A stretch of 64,000 nt of DNA. Origin: the human T2T-CHM13v2.0 reference genome, Homo sapiens. Shown piece after piece: positions 14,535 to 30,899 of the stretch (its first letter is position 1; each line of letters begins with the position of its first letter). A program made the translations under genes and the position numbers. The notes under the pieces were generated by a model. It searched no databases. It was not told the origin of the DNA and saw only the letters and a list, made by a program, of their open reading frames with translations. Location of the stretch: assembly GCF_009914755.1 (NCBI RefSeq), contig NC_060932.1, one strand, 5' to 3'.

Positions 14535-17500
14535 CATTTGTTAATTTTATATATTTAAGGGTACACGTGCAGATTTCTTGCATGCATATATTGCACCATG
14601 GTGAAGTCTAGTACATCAATCACCCAAATAGTGAACAATGTATGCAATAGGTAGCTTTCAGCTCTCAGTCCCCTCCCCCTCTCCCATCTCTTGGAGTCTC
14701 CAATGTCTACTATTCTACCCTGTATATCCATGGGTACCCATTATTTACCCCCTCTTGTAAGTGTTAAGATGTGGTTTTTGATTTTCTGTTTCTGAGTTAT
14801 TTCACTTAAGACAATGGCCTCCACTTTAATCCATGTTGCTGCAAAAGACGTTATTTCATTCTTTTTTTACAGCTGGGTGGTATTCCATGGTATATATATA
14901 TATTCCATATTTTCCTTTTACAATCACTTAGGTTCAGTCAACACTTAGGTTGATTTTGTATATTTGCTATTGTGAATAGTGCTGTGGTAAACATATGAGT
15001 GCAGATATTTTTTGATGTACTGATTTTTTTCCCTTTGACTATACACCCGGTAGTGGAATTTCTAAATCAAATGGTAGTTCTATTTTTAATTATTTGATAA
15101 ATCTTTATACTGTTTTCCATAAAGGTTTTATAAATTTACATTCCAACCAAGAGTATATAATTGTTCCCGTTTCTCCATATCCTCACCAACATCTGTTGCT
15201 TATTTACTTTTTAATAATAGTCATTCTGACTGATGTGAGATGTTACCTTGTTGTGGTTTTAATTTGCATTTCTCTGATGACTGGTGATGTTGAGTATTTT
15301 TTCATATATTTGTTGGCTGCTTGTATATCTTCTTTTGAAAAACATCTATTCATGTTCTTATTCACTTTTTAATGGGGTTATTTGATTTTTTCTTGTTGAA
15401 TTGTTCTTTGTAAATTCTGAATATGAGCCCCTTGTCCTGTGCATATCTTGCAATTATTTTTTTCTATTCTGTAAGGTATCTGTTTACTGATTATTACTTT
15501 AGCTGTGCAGAAGCTTTTTAGTTTAATTTCCATTTATCTATTACTGTTTTGTTGCGTTAGCTTTTGCAGACTGGGTCATAAATTCTTTGTCTAGATCAAT
15601 GTCCAGAAGAGTTTTTCCTAGGTTTTCTTTTAACATCGTTATAATTTCTTGTCTTAGGTTTAGGTCTTTTATCCATCTTGATTAACTGTTTTATTTGGTG
15701 AGAGTTTCATTCTTGTGCATATGGCTATCCAATGTTTTCAGCACCATTTATTGAAAGGGTGTTATTTCCTCAGTGTATGTTTTTGGCCCTAGTGAAGATC
15801 AGTTGGTTGAAGGTATGTGGCTATATTTCTGGGTTCTCTAGTCCGTCCTATTGATCTTTGTGTCTATTTTTATATTTTTTTACTAGTACAACACTGTTTT
15901 GGTTACTATAACCTGGTAGTATAATTGGAAGTCAGGTAATGTGATGCCTCCAGCTTTGTTCTTTTCATATAGGATTTCTTGGGCTATTTGAGCTCTTTTT
16001 GCATTCCATATTAATTTTAGATTTTTTTAATTCTGTAAAAAAATGACGCAGGTAATTTAAAAGGTATTGTATTGAATCTGTAGAATAATTTGGGCAGTAT
16101 AGCATTTTAACAATATTGACTCTTCCTGTCTATGAGCAAGAGGTGGTTTTACATTTGTTTGTGGTTATCTACCATTTCTTCTATCATTATTTTGTAGTTC
16201 TCCTTATGGAGACTTTTCACACCCTTGGTTAAATATATTCCTAGGTCCTTCAACTTATTTCATAGCTATTGTAAATGGGATGGGATTGCCTTCTTGATTA
16301 GGTCCTCAGCTAGATTGTTATTGGTGTACAGAAACACTGCTGATTTCTGTATGTTAATTTTGTATCCTGAAACTGTATGGACTTTGTCAAATCTAGGAGT
16401 ATTTTTGCAAAGTGTTTAGGGTTTTCTAGAGATAAGACCACATTAACAGCAAACAAGGATAATCTGACTTCATCTTTTCTAATTTAAATACGTTTTGCTT
16501 TTTTCTCTTGCCTGAATTGTTCTAATTAGGACTTTCAGGACTATGTTGAGTAGAAATGGTGAAAGTGGGCATTCTTTTTTTGTTCCAGGTTTTAGAGAAA
16601 ATGCTTTCAACTTTTCCCCATTAAGTGCGATGTTGGCCATTGGTTTGTCATACATGGCCTTTAATATGTTGATGTACATTCTTTCTATGTCTATTTTGTT
16701 GAAGACTTTTATCATGAAGGGATGCTGAATTTTACTGAATGCTTTTTCCGCATCTATTGAGATAATCATGTAGTTTTTATACTTAATTTTGTATATATGA
16801 TGTATCAAATTAATTAGTGTATGTTGAAATATCCTTGCATCCCTGGGATAAATCACACCTGACCATGATGTGTTATGTATTTAATATGCTGTTGGATTCA
16901 ATTTGCTAGTATTTTACAGAGGATATTTGCATCTATGTTCATCAGGGATATCAGTCTGTAGTTTTCTTTTTTTATTGTGTCCTTGCCTGGTTTTGATATG
17001 AGGGTAATGCTGGCCTTGTTGAATGAGTTTTGGAGAATTTTAATCATCCTCCTTAATTTTTTGCAATAGTTATAAGAGGATTGGTATTAGTTTTGCTTTG
17101 TATGCTTGATAGAATTTGGCAGTGACTTCATCTGGTCCTGACCTTTTATTTCTTGGGAGATTTATTAGAACTGCTTCAATCTTGCTACTCATGATTAGGA
17201 ATTCTACTTCTTCCTGGTTAGTCTCAGAAGTTTGTGTGCTTCCAGGAGTTTATTCATTCCTCCAGGTTTTCTAGTTTGTGAGCACATACAGAATAGTCTC
17301 TGATGATCTTTTGTATTTTTGTGGCATCAGTTCTAATACCTCCTTTTGCATTTCTAATTGTGTTTATTTGGATTTTCTCTATTCTTTGTTATTGTAGCTG
17401 GTAGTATTTTAATTTTGTTTATCTTTTCAAAAAAACAACCATTTCTTTTGTTGATCTTTTGTAATTGTTGGTCTCTATTTCATTTAGTTCTGCTCTGATC

Positions 17501-20500
17501 TTTGTTGTTTCTTATATTTTATTAACCTTGGGTTTGGTTTTTTTTTCTTTTCTAATTTCTTGAGGCAGAATGTATGGTTGTTAATTTGTGATCTTTCTGC
17601 TTTTTTGATGTCATCATTTATTGCTAATAGGCTTTTGCAATATCCCACAGGTTTTGGTATGATGTGTTTTCATTTTCATTTGTTTCCATTTTTTTTAATT
17701 TCTGTCTTAAATTCTTTATTGACCCAGTGATCATTCAGGAGCATGCTGTTTAATTTCCATATATTTGTATAGTTTCTGAAGTTCCTCTTGTTATTGATTT
17801 CTAGCTTTATTCCACTGTGATCTGAGAACTTACTTGACATGATTTGATATTTTATAATTTATTAAGACTTGTTTTGTGGCTTAACATTTGGTCTGTCTTG
17901 GAGAATGTTCCATGTGCCAATGAAAACAATTTATATTCTGTAGTTGTTGGGTAGAATGTTCTGTAAATGTCTGTTAGGTCTATTTGGTCTAAAGTTCAAT
18001 TTAAATTTAATATTTTTTGTTAATTTTCTGTCTAAATAATTTTTTACTGCTGTGAGTGAGGTGTTGAAGTCCCCCACTATTATTGTATTGTCCTCTATCT
18101 CCTTTTTAGGTCTAGTAATCCTTGTTTTGCAAATTTGGAAGCTCTGATGTTGGATGCACGTATATTTAGGATTGTTATATTCTCTTGCATAATTTATCTC
18201 TTTATCATTATATAATAAATTTCTTTGTCTTGTTTAAAAACTCTTTTTGATTAAAATGTGTTTTATCTGATACAAGTGTACCTCTCTGCCAGCTCACTTT
18301 TGGTTTCTGCTTATGTGGATTATTTTTCTCCATCTTTTTACTTTCAATCTATATGTGTTTTATGGGTAAGGTGAGTTTCTTGTAGGCAACATATAGTTGA
18401 ATCATATATTTTTAAATTTATTCTGCCAATCTGTATCTTTTAAGTGTACCATTTAATCCATTTACATTCAAGGTTAATATTGATATGTGAGGCTTTGGTC
18501 TTGTCATATTGTTGTTTTCAAGTTGTTTTATGAATTATTTCTTTCATTTTCTCTCTTTGTGATTTTCTGAAATTCTGTCATGTTGCCTTTTGATTCTTCT
18601 TTTCGTCTTTTGTGCGATTGTTTTATAAGGTCTATGAGCTTTATATTTCCATGTGTTTTCATGATCATGAATATCAACCTTTCGTTTCCATGTTTAAGAC
18701 CTCCTTGAGCATTTCCTATAGGCCCAGTCTACTGGTGACAAATTCCATCATCATTTGCTTGTTTGAGAAATACTTTATTTCTCCTTCATTTATGACGTTT
18801 ATTTGCTTATTCAGGCAGAATATAAAATTTTTTGTTGATAGGTTTGCTTTTTTTTGTTTGTTTCCAGCACTTTGAAAACTCTATCATATTCTCCCCTGGC
18901 CTGTAAGGTTTCTGCCGAAAAGTCTGCTATTAGTCTAATGAGATTTCTTTTATAAGTGACTAGATCCTTTCTCCTGAAAATTTTAAAAGTTCTTCACTTT
19001 TACTTTAGAAATTCAGAATATAATATGTCATGATGATGTCCTTTTTTGCTATGTGTTTTACTCAGTATTGCTGAGCCTCCTGCATATGGAGGTCTAATTA
19101 TCTTGCTAGCCTTGGGATGTTTACATCAATTATTTCTTTAAATAGGTTTTCTCAGCTTTTTTAATCTCTCTAGCCCCTTAGTAACATCAATAATTCATAA
19201 GTGTTAACATTTTATGTAGTCACAGATATTTTGAGGCTTTGTTCATTCTATTTTCTTCTTTTTTTCCTTATTTTTGTCAGACTGGACTATTTCAAAGACC
19301 AATCTTTAAGTTCTGAGGTTTTTTCTTCTGTTTGGTATAATCTATTATTGAATGTATTTGTATTTTTCCATTTAATTTTTTATTTACAGATTTTCTGCTT
19401 GTATGTTGTTGTTATTGTTTTTTAATATATATGTCCCTGGTAAATATTTTATTTATTTTCTCAATTGATTTTCTATTTTTGTGTATTGGCTTTCAGATTA
19501 TTAATTGCATCTCATTCAGCTTCTTTAAAATAGGTACTTTGAATTCTTTATCTGGCATTTTGAAGAATTCATTTTGATTGTATCTGTTGCTGGATATTTG
19601 TTGTGGTCCTTTGGTGGTATCAGCTTTCCTTCTTTTTTCATGTTTCTTGTGTCCTTCCACTGATATCTGCACATCTGGTGTATCAGGGGCTTGTTCTAAT
19701 TTTTAAAAATTGCTTTTGTAGGGAAGAATTTTTTTGAAGATGTATGTACATTGTTGGTTGAGTAGGATACTTTGAGTTTGATTTGGGATGCCTGTGGTAG
19801 TGTAATCTTTGTATGACTTTCTCAGCAGTGTACAGGGTAAGTGGTATCTGTAATTTCCTCAGTGGCTTAGGGTATAGTTATTAGTTAAGGTTGTGATGAA
19901 GTTTTACTAGGGAATTGGACATCAGCTGAGCAAGTCTCTGGGCCCCAGTGATAGCTGCTGTGGGGTGAGTATGCCTGGTTTTAGGCCCTAGAGCAGCTTA
20001 TCCTAGCTTCAGTGTCAGTGAGTCTTACAGTTGCCTGTTGCAGGGCAATGAGTATTGTCCTAGGTGTGTGTAGGACAGTCTGATTTATTTGTCTTTCCTC
20101 AGCTAGGTGATGGCTGCAGCCACATCAACTCAAATTCAGCCCAAGGGTGGGGCACAGTCCAGTATTAAATTCTCAAAATGGCATCTTGGGATGGTCCTAG
20201 AGAGAGAGCACAGTCCCTCCCAGGCAAGCAATGTGGGAAAGATCCTGTGGGGACTGCAGTTTAGTCACATTTGAGTCTCAATAGCAACCCACAGAAGGGT
20301 AGTAGGAACTCTCCCAGGAGTACATGGGAGTGCCCATTCTTACTTGTCCCTCCCTGGAACAGCTACAGTGCAGTGTCCGTAAATCCCCAGTAGTTAGGCT
20401 CTCAAAGTGGCACCCAGCTGAGGCTGCTCTAGGCTCACATGACTGTCAGATTCTGTGTGGTTTTCTTTTTGGAGCGAAGTCCCTGTGCAATCTTGAGGCA

Positions 20501-20860
20501 GGCTATATGTCAGGCCTGAGGCCCTAGCGAGTCAAAGTTTTCTCCTGTAGCCAAGATTGTAAAAGCCCATTTGGATGTGAAGCCCTAACAGTAAGAGTTT
20601 CCTAAAAGTAAGAATTTCTCTTATTATTTCCCTGAATCCAGAGACTTTTCCCATTTTTCATTCAGTTCTTGGCTGGGCAGGATGCTGTGAATGCTGTCCT
20701 TACTTACTTCTGGTGCTTCCTGTCTCTTCTCTGGTGAATCCTACTGTATTCTCCTAGACAAGCTCTTTGAAATGTAAGCACCTACTTACTATTCTGGTTC
20801 CTCTCCATGAAGGAGATACATACTACTTGCATCTAGTCAGCTACCTTGATCCCTCTCTTG
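14535..20860 (-). mobile_element. Near-full-length degenerate L1 (L1MA1-3-like 3' end, ORF2, ORF1, 5'UTR)
   Basis: Continuous antisense L1; ORF 16479-16856 has RT-region text ([20 protein letters not shown]); 5'UTR-like start near 20858. Confidence 0.85.
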
Positions 20861-20984
20861 ACATAGATCTTTACAATATGATTACTTAATGATAAGGATT
20901 GGCATGTGAATTGGAACTGATTTGGCATCTTTGGTATTGAATACATGACATAAACCCCCAAAAATAAAATGTTTGACAAATGAG

Positions 20985-20988
<4 letters not shown>

Positions 20989-21015
<27 letters not shown>
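20989..21015. repeat. poly(A)27 tract
   Basis: Read directly from the sequence. Confidence 0.9.
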
Positions 21016-21089
21016 GTAGCTAGTAGAGTTTATTTAGGTAATTTATACATGGCCTCCAGGGAAATTCTTACTGTTACAGGAATATGGCA

Positions 21090-21198
21090 GGTGAAAGTAG
21101 AACATAGAATACTAAATCAGAAATCAGAAGAGATATCTATTCTTTTAACTCTGTCTCTGCCACTTACCAGCTCTGATTGCTGAGCCAAGTCTCTCTAT
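21090..21198 (+). mobile_element. MIR fragment
   Basis: 'tctctgccacttaccagctctga...gccaagtctct'. Confidence 0.5.
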
Positions 21199-21199
21199 T

Positions 21200-21570
21200 T
21201 GTCAGGATGACTGGTTTAATTTCTGCAATAAACAAACTCGAATTTTAACTTTATTGGGTCAAGACACAATAAAAGTTTTTCCTTGCAAATTCTGACACGG
21301 TTGGGTGATTCATTCCAAGTAGTGTCTTGATTATCCAGGTTCTGTGCATTCAGGATACCTTCATCTTCAACAGATGGTCTGTATGGTCTCACGTGAAGGA
21401 TAAAATAGAATGATTTTAGTGAGCCTGATGTGAAAGTCTGTTATCCCTGCATTGACAAAAACCAGATAAAAGACCCAATCTAAATTCATACAAGCTGAAA
21501 AATCCAGTGTTCCTTTATGCCCCAGAGAAAAAATGAAACATGTTTAACACATGACATTACCTCTGCTACA
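21200..21570. mobile_element. old MaLR LTR (MLT1J/K-like)
   Basis: 'ctgcaataaacaaactc...cacaataaaagttt' start and 'tctgctaca' end resemble old MLT1. Confidence 0.45.
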
Positions 21571-23069
21571 GTCACTTGTCCTTTCTGACTCTGGTTCCTA
21601 ATTTTTATACAGGTTTTAATACCACATTCATTCACACAGTTGTGCTTAGGAATAAATGGAATGATGAGCTTCTTAAGATACAAAATTGTTATCATTACTT
21701 AAATGGATAAGGATGTAAGGATGTAAGTTTTCCACATGAGCTTATTCTAGCCTCTTACTTTTTCTATTATACATAATGAAAGTGAAGGGAAGAAAACCAG
21801 TCTAACAGCAAAATATTGATTTTTAGAATGCAGGAAAAGAACTATTTGATTACATTTAACTGCTAATAACTGTTTTTGATTAGAAGTCCTACTGGTCCTT
21901 TTGAAATGAAAACATGAGATTAATTTGTGATTAGTAGCTCCCATTCATAAATTATGATTAACTTACCTTTTAAACATAGTTTGCTATGTAGAACAGATTG
22001 AAATAAATCTTTGCAATGTTATTGGCTTTATTAATTGTATAATCAAGCTTGCCTCTATAGACAGTAAAAGGAAAATACTTCTATCCAGATCATCCTAAAT
22101 TAAATAATCACAAATTACATAATCACAAATTTGTTAACATGCAAATTAATAAGCTTTTATTTATGTTTCCTAATTTAAGACACTGTTATATTAATTCCTT
22201 ATTGGCCACATGTAGTTACATAGAACACCTGGAAATTTATTACATTTTCATGTTATTAAATAAAAGTTTTAATATCTGCCTCATGATTTCTCTAAATTAA
22301 ATTAATCTAGTGCCTGGTAATATGCATGGGATGTTCAATATAGTGGTTATTATTGGTAATTGTTTCTTATCTTGGAGTGACTATAACCTCATGTCATGAT
22401 AGTTATTTTAATGTGCTACAGACTAGTAGTTTTCCAAACTAATTTTGCATGAAAATCACCTGTAGTCCTCTTTAAGAACAAATCTCAAAATTCTATCTGA
22501 AATGTAGAAAGAGAAATTCTGAGATTGGACCTCTAAATCTTGATGCTTTGGTCAATTTCGAACAAATTTGTTTGAGTACTTGTTCCAGACACTTAGAATA
22601 CACAGACTCCTTTTAAAGCAAGCCTTCTTCCATATCCCTTAGGACTAGTCAAACTTGAGACTCCTTAATGCATGCATATTATTAAAACTTTTTAAATTAT
22701 AAAAACACAGAAAGATCTTAAAATAATACAAATTTCTTTAAAATTATATTTTAATAATCAGTCATATGCCTTTTTGCCTTTTTTTCTGGGAATTTATATT
22801 AAAATTAGCATATAGGAGGCAATGTCACATGGAATGTCATTAAACCTAAGGTACCAATGATTGTAACATGCAGCATTAATGTATGCAATACCATAAGAGA
22901 AAAAAAATAGCTGTGCTAAAATTTGACAGAATGCTTTCTTAACACTTATAATTTTTATTAGACTTATGGAAGGTGCTATTTTAAAACAATTAAGGCACAG
23001 ATGGCATAAGACCAAATCACCTTGAGCACTGACAATATAATTTTATGGAATGTCAGAGAACAGGAGAAT

Positions 23070-25212
<2,143 letters not shown>

Positions 25213-25579
25213 AAAATAGCAATAGCACAGGAAAGTTTTGTTAGCATTTCCTATTTGTCTAAACTAACAGTTTCATCTTTCATCAATTAAGTCTCATGTT
25301 GCTGAAGCTTTGCAGCCTCTGTTGAAAATCAGCAGGAATTTAATGTCACATTGATACTTGGTGCCTTAATTATAGTGCTATACTATGCATGAATCTTTAA
25401 TACCAGCAATTCATTGCTTATAAATGTCTTCCATCCTCTAAACAAGATAAGGAAATTTCTCCTTCGGTTCCAATTCTTGTCTGGTGATGGAACTCCTTTT
25501 ACAGGTATCCCAATTATAAGAATACCACAGTTTCATCCACTTCCTTTCTTAGGTCATGTGAAAGACCTATTATTGACCT

Positions 25580-26105
25580 TGTAAGGACATATGGAATTAC
25601 TACCTCATATCCACCCTCCACCTTTCTTCATCCTGCTCAGTCCCCTAGGAGACTGACTTGATTGAAATCGTCATCTGGGCTCCCTTGCCCTGTAGCTTCT
25701 CTGTGGGGTTCTGCTACTGGACTGGAGATCATCAGGAAAAGGGAAAGTCATCTTAGTACACTAATTTACCCAGGTACAGCCCTGCAAAATCACTGTGAAC
25801 TGGCTATTTCCCAGTGAAGGTCACACTCTTGTTAATTAGCCCCCACCCCCTCTATCTGCCTGGTTTCCTTCTCTCTGGGTTTTATCTCTCTCTAGATTTC
25901 AGTAATTACTTCATTTCTTTACCACCTCAGCCCTTGGAGTGACAATGTTTCCCTGCAAACGCCCTCCAGTCCTTGGGTCCTGCTCTATCCCTTGTGGCTT
26001 TCTTATACTCTGTCCTTACTTTTATTATGCATCCCTTTATTAAACTGTTTCTCAAACATATTCATTTGAGTGAGTTATCTGTTTCTTCCAGGAACTTGTT
26101 ATAAT
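25580..26105 (+). mobile_element. LTR33-like ERVL LTR
   Basis: 'atccaccctccacctttcttcatcctgctc..ggagactgac..gggctcccttgccctgtagcttc'; attaaa signal and 'tctgtttcttccaggaac' end. Confidence 0.7.
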
Positions 26106-28130
26106 AATTGATGTCAAGTAACTATTTTACAAAATAGAATTCTGGGAATAGTTTGCTTGCATAGCTGTGGACTGCACAAATACCCTAACCAAGGAAAATG
26201 GAATGCAAATAATCCCTGAAAGGTAATAACATCACATTTAACTTATTAATAATAGATTCATACGATGTGGTAAAGGTAAGAGTACAGCATTAAGAGAGCT
26301 ACTGATTGTGGCACTCAGCTACTATAATCGGCACTAAAAATTTACTGGGGTCAGCTGACTTCATCTGCCAACCCTAGAGAACATCAACAGAGAAAAAGGC
26401 AAGTTGACTCCTGAATGTCCATCTCAAAACACTCCTGAATGTCTACCTGAAAAGCTGACAATCAGAAAGACTGACTGGTAATTTTGAATGAGCCTCTGCT
26501 CTACTGCAGTTACAGAGCATAAATGGCTCTGAGCAACAAGTCTAGAATTGATTATGAAGGTTGCAGAGTTGCAGCAGCAAATCAAGCAAGTCTCCTATGA
26601 CGGTAGCAGTAGTGAAGAAGTGGTGGTATGCTGAGATGTTAGTTGAGTGCCTTTGGGTTGACACAGGGGAATTTGAACACTTTGGTCCCCCATAATATCT
26701 CTGGAACTCCTTCATCAGTGGAGGTGGCAATTCCAGTGACTGTAGCTGAGACAGTTTCCTAAGAGGTGCATCTTCTGATACCCAGGACCCACCCCATAAC
26801 TACTTATTTTCTACAAGCCTATAGTGAAATAGATCCCACACAAATTTGATGGAGAAGTTCTCCTCTGGAAACAGATATTCTGTATACTGAAATAGATATA
26901 AAATATTATTATTTGAATCAGCAGTAATATAGGCAACAATTGTGGGAGTAAATTTTGTGGGAGTGTTTTCCCAAGAAGGACAAAATTATAAGCCTTCATT
27001 GGACTAAATGTATTGACATGAGTGTATTCATATCAGAGTCAAGAATTAATGTGTTAGCATGCACATCTGGAAGTGGCATTATCAATCTGCTGTGTTAAAT
27101 AATTGAAGCCCACAGTCAATGAGGTTGAAATGTTGGAACTTCTATATCATGTTCAGGAATGAGTCTGAGGCTAGGGAAATAGGCATGTTAAAATAGCTCT
27201 ATTATGTGCGTATTCCTCAGCCACTCATTAACCGACTACTTGGGCTCTCCTTTCATCCAAATTAAGAACTTATTGACACCGCGAGAAACAGTATCCTTGA
27301 AAAACTCTTTGAGGGCTTGAGGGTTGCTCTCTGTAGGCAGGATATGACAATAGGAGATTCTACAAGTGATTGGGTTCTTGCCTCAGTGGGAATAAATGGG
27401 TCCCAGAATGATGGTGTTTAGTTGTTTTAGATGATGTTGGTGTAATTACTATAATATGGCAGAGGGGTAAAATGTTGATGAGTTTTGGCCTTCAAGGATC
27501 TATGGAAAGGGCAAATTGATCACAGTGATCATAGAAATGAAATATAGGGGAAACGAATGAAGAAAGATGTTGCTGAACATATATTAACTGGAAAAATCCT
27601 AGGTATGATCAGAAGAAGCATAACCTGAGTCACTATAGTGGGAATTTATGGCCTCTTGTCTGTTCCTCTTGAGAGGACATTGAGTTCTTTGAGCTTAGAC
27701 CAAGCCAAATGGTTAATATTCTGAATATTCCTCCAAGTTTTCCTGAAAAGTATGTGTGGTATTTACCAAAGCTATTGTATACTGAGCAAAGGAAAATACC
27801 CAGGCTTTCTGAGAAATGACTTGACCCTAACTTCCAGAGACAGACAATGCTAAGCTGCTACATTTTCTACACTGGTATTTTAATTGAAGAAAAGCAACAC
27901 AGCCCCAGACATGTGGTATGGAGCTTTTGACCCAGAAAATACTCCTCACTCTGCAATACCTCCCAGAAATAAAACTCAGTAGCAGTTTGACTTCACGTAG
28001 TAAGGTCAACCCTATAACTTTACTGTATTACCTTAAGGGTATGTTGACTTTCCTCTACTTTTCAATCATCACGTAGTCTGTGGGAACTTAATCAACTTGA
28101 CAGCCCACAGAACATCATACTTATCCATTG
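26106..28130 (+). mobile_element. decayed ERVL-class internal region (gag, protease and RT remnants)
   Basis: ~27983-28055 translates QFDFT**GQPYNFTVLP*GYVDFP, matching ERVL RT QFAFTWQGQQYTFTVLPQGY; gag-like 'RVAELQQQ' at ~26558-26580. Confidence 0.72.
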
Positions 28131-28159
28131 TGCCTTCTTCTAATACTATATCTAGGTGC

Positions 28160-29965
28160 ATGGATACATTGGGTATATACCTAGATAGTGAATTGATGGG
28201 TCATAGAGTGTGTGTCTGTTCAATTTAAGTGATACCACACAGTTTTCAAAAGTAGCCATAAATTACAAACATACCAACAGTGTATGGAGTTCCAGCGCTC
28301 CACGTGTTTGTCAACATATGGCACATTTAGTATTTTTATATTTAACTATTCTGGTGGTGTCATGTTCATATCTCCTTCTGTATTAACTTAAATTTTCCTA
28401 AGTGTCATTAGGTTACAAACCTCATTGGTTAAAAGACCTAACCAATGAGGTTAGGTTACCAATGAGGTTAGCAAACATTAAATGTTTATTGGGCATTTAT
28501 AAAAACTCTCTTTTGAAGTGCCTGTTTATTTCTTATGGATGTTTTCCTTTGGACTACTTTCCTTACTGATTTACGGGAATTCTTCGTAATTTCAAAAAAC
28601 AAGCACTTTTTGTTATATGCATTACAAATATCTTCTGTGTTGGGGCTTGCCTTTTCACTATTTTATTTATGTCTTTGAATAAACAGAATTGTATACTTTT
28701 ACTATACTGTATACTATACTTATTAATATTTTCCTTTATACTTTTTTTTTGTGTTCTGTGAAATACTTTCTTAACCCCCCAAAGGGAGATATTTTTCCAC
28801 ATTATTTTATAATGACTTTCAGATTCACCTTTCACATTCAGAGTTTCACTCTACCCAGTATTGACTTCCATAGAGAGTGTGATGTAGGAATCAATTTTAT
28901 ATTTTTTCATTTGCAAATCCAATAATCCAACATTATTTATTGAATAGTTTTTATTTTTCACTGCTCTGTAAATTCACTTTTGTTATATATCATGTCTGTG
29001 TCTGTTACTGAAATCTAATTCTGATCTATTTCTTTGTTTATCTTTACACCAACAACTGCCCTTCCACTAGTTTTATTAAATGTCGTAGTATTTAATAGAG
29101 CAAGTGATCTCACCTTTTTCTTCTGTTTACGAATTTCCTGGCCAGTCTTGCATCTTTGTAATTCTAAGTAAATATTAGAATAACCTTTTAGAATTCTGGG
29201 AAAAAAGCTATTAGAATTTTGGTTGTGATGCACTAAATTCACATATCAATTTGAGGGAAACTGACATCATCAGTATTAAATATTCCAGTCCATTAAACGT
29301 TTTCTCTCTTTGTTAGTAACGTGTTTTATATTTTCCCCTAATTATAGTTTCTATGTTTCTTTAGAGATGCTGCATATTTTAGTGAAATTTATCCCTATGT
29401 TTTACTTTTTAAATATTTTTGAGATGATTGTAAGTGATATCTTTCTAATGTCAGTAAGATTGTTAATGATGGTTCCTTTTTCATTTCATCCTATTATTAG
29501 TTGTTCTCTCTGTCTTTTATTATTCTTTAGTTATCTGTGTGCTTCACAATGTTTTATCCTTTTCAAAGAGTTGGCTTTTAGTTTTCTGAGGTATTAATAA
29601 CATTTGTTTGTTTTCTGTCTTAATACCCCTTTTGTTCTTATACTCATAACTTATTTCCTTCTATTTTCTTCAGGTATCATTTGCTGCAATTTTTGGAGTT
29701 ATTTAGATCAATGCTTAGCTCATTAATTTTTAGCCATTTACCTTTTCTGACATAAAGCTATATGATTTTTCTAATTGTATATTGAGCTGGACTCCAATTT
29801 TTGATATGTAGTGTTTTGTTGACAGTCTGTCAAAATATTTTCTAATTTTTATTGTAACTCTTTCTTTGACCCATATGTTATTTTAAAAATATATTTCTAA
29901 TTTTCTGATTATTTGGAGGTTTTCTTAGTATTTTAAAAATTGATTTCTAGCTTGTTTGTATTGTG
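28160..29965 (-). mobile_element. old L1M (L1MD/ME-like) fragments
   Basis: Heavily diverged antisense L1 ORF2 and 3' text. Confidence 0.65.
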
Positions 29966-30899
29966 TTTCAGTTTTATCTTGGACTGGAAGCAGAATATAA
30001 AGTTAAGGAGAAAGGAAAGGGACATAGACAATATACTTGGCTTGTTAAATGTCACAAAGATCCTGATGAAATTTGGATTGCTAGGAAATCAAAACACTGT
30101 TATTGACTAATAGTAAAATATTATTAATTATCCTATAAGATTACTCATAAAAGTATAGTGAAATCAGCATAATAGAAGAAAACAAAAGCAAAAGAGGGTT
30201 TAAGGACTCTGTATCCCTAGGAAGATAGATTTTGGAGAAGAAACTCTAATTTTTTAGGTTTTTGTATTTTTGAGCTGAATCATTTACTAATTTGATCAAC
30301 ATTTGTGTCATGCATTATATTATGTACTAGTCAAACAACCTTGATCAAGAGAGGCAGGCAGAGTCTCTTTCTTCATGGAGCTTAATGTCGATGAGGTATT
30401 CGGGGCTGAGTCAAATATATGTCAGGGAATTATTTTGTTTAGAGTATTTACTGTGCATATACTCTGAGACTTCTTTAAAGAAAAAAAAGTAATATGGTAC
30501 CATGCTATTTTCTATTTATAAACTCAAAATTTGCAATATTTTTTCAATGTGCAAAGAGTACTTAACCATGTGACAAAGTAGTTATTTTTTACACAGCATA
30601 GAATCTAGACTTTAAAAATATATTACTTATAATAGTCTGAAATTATAACTACTGAAATTTATTTTGCAACAGATTTGCATCATTAAAGCAGAAACTGAGC
30701 ATTTTGTAAGGCAATTCAAGAATATATTTTATTCTCTTTCTGAATACTGCCTCATGAGTGTTGCGTCTTAAGTCAAACTGTGTATGACAGAAGTCAAGTA
30801 AAAAGAAGCATCAATTTCCATTTCATCTTGTTATGAGGTAAACTTGAAAAAAACTAGGTAGGAAAAAATGACTTAAAGGAAGAAAATGGCATGAAAGTA

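Noticed and set aside
21707-21728. Short tandem duplication aaggatgt x2 (a similar one, gttacatag x2, at ~55176)
   Set aside because: Common slippage events with nothing further to support function.
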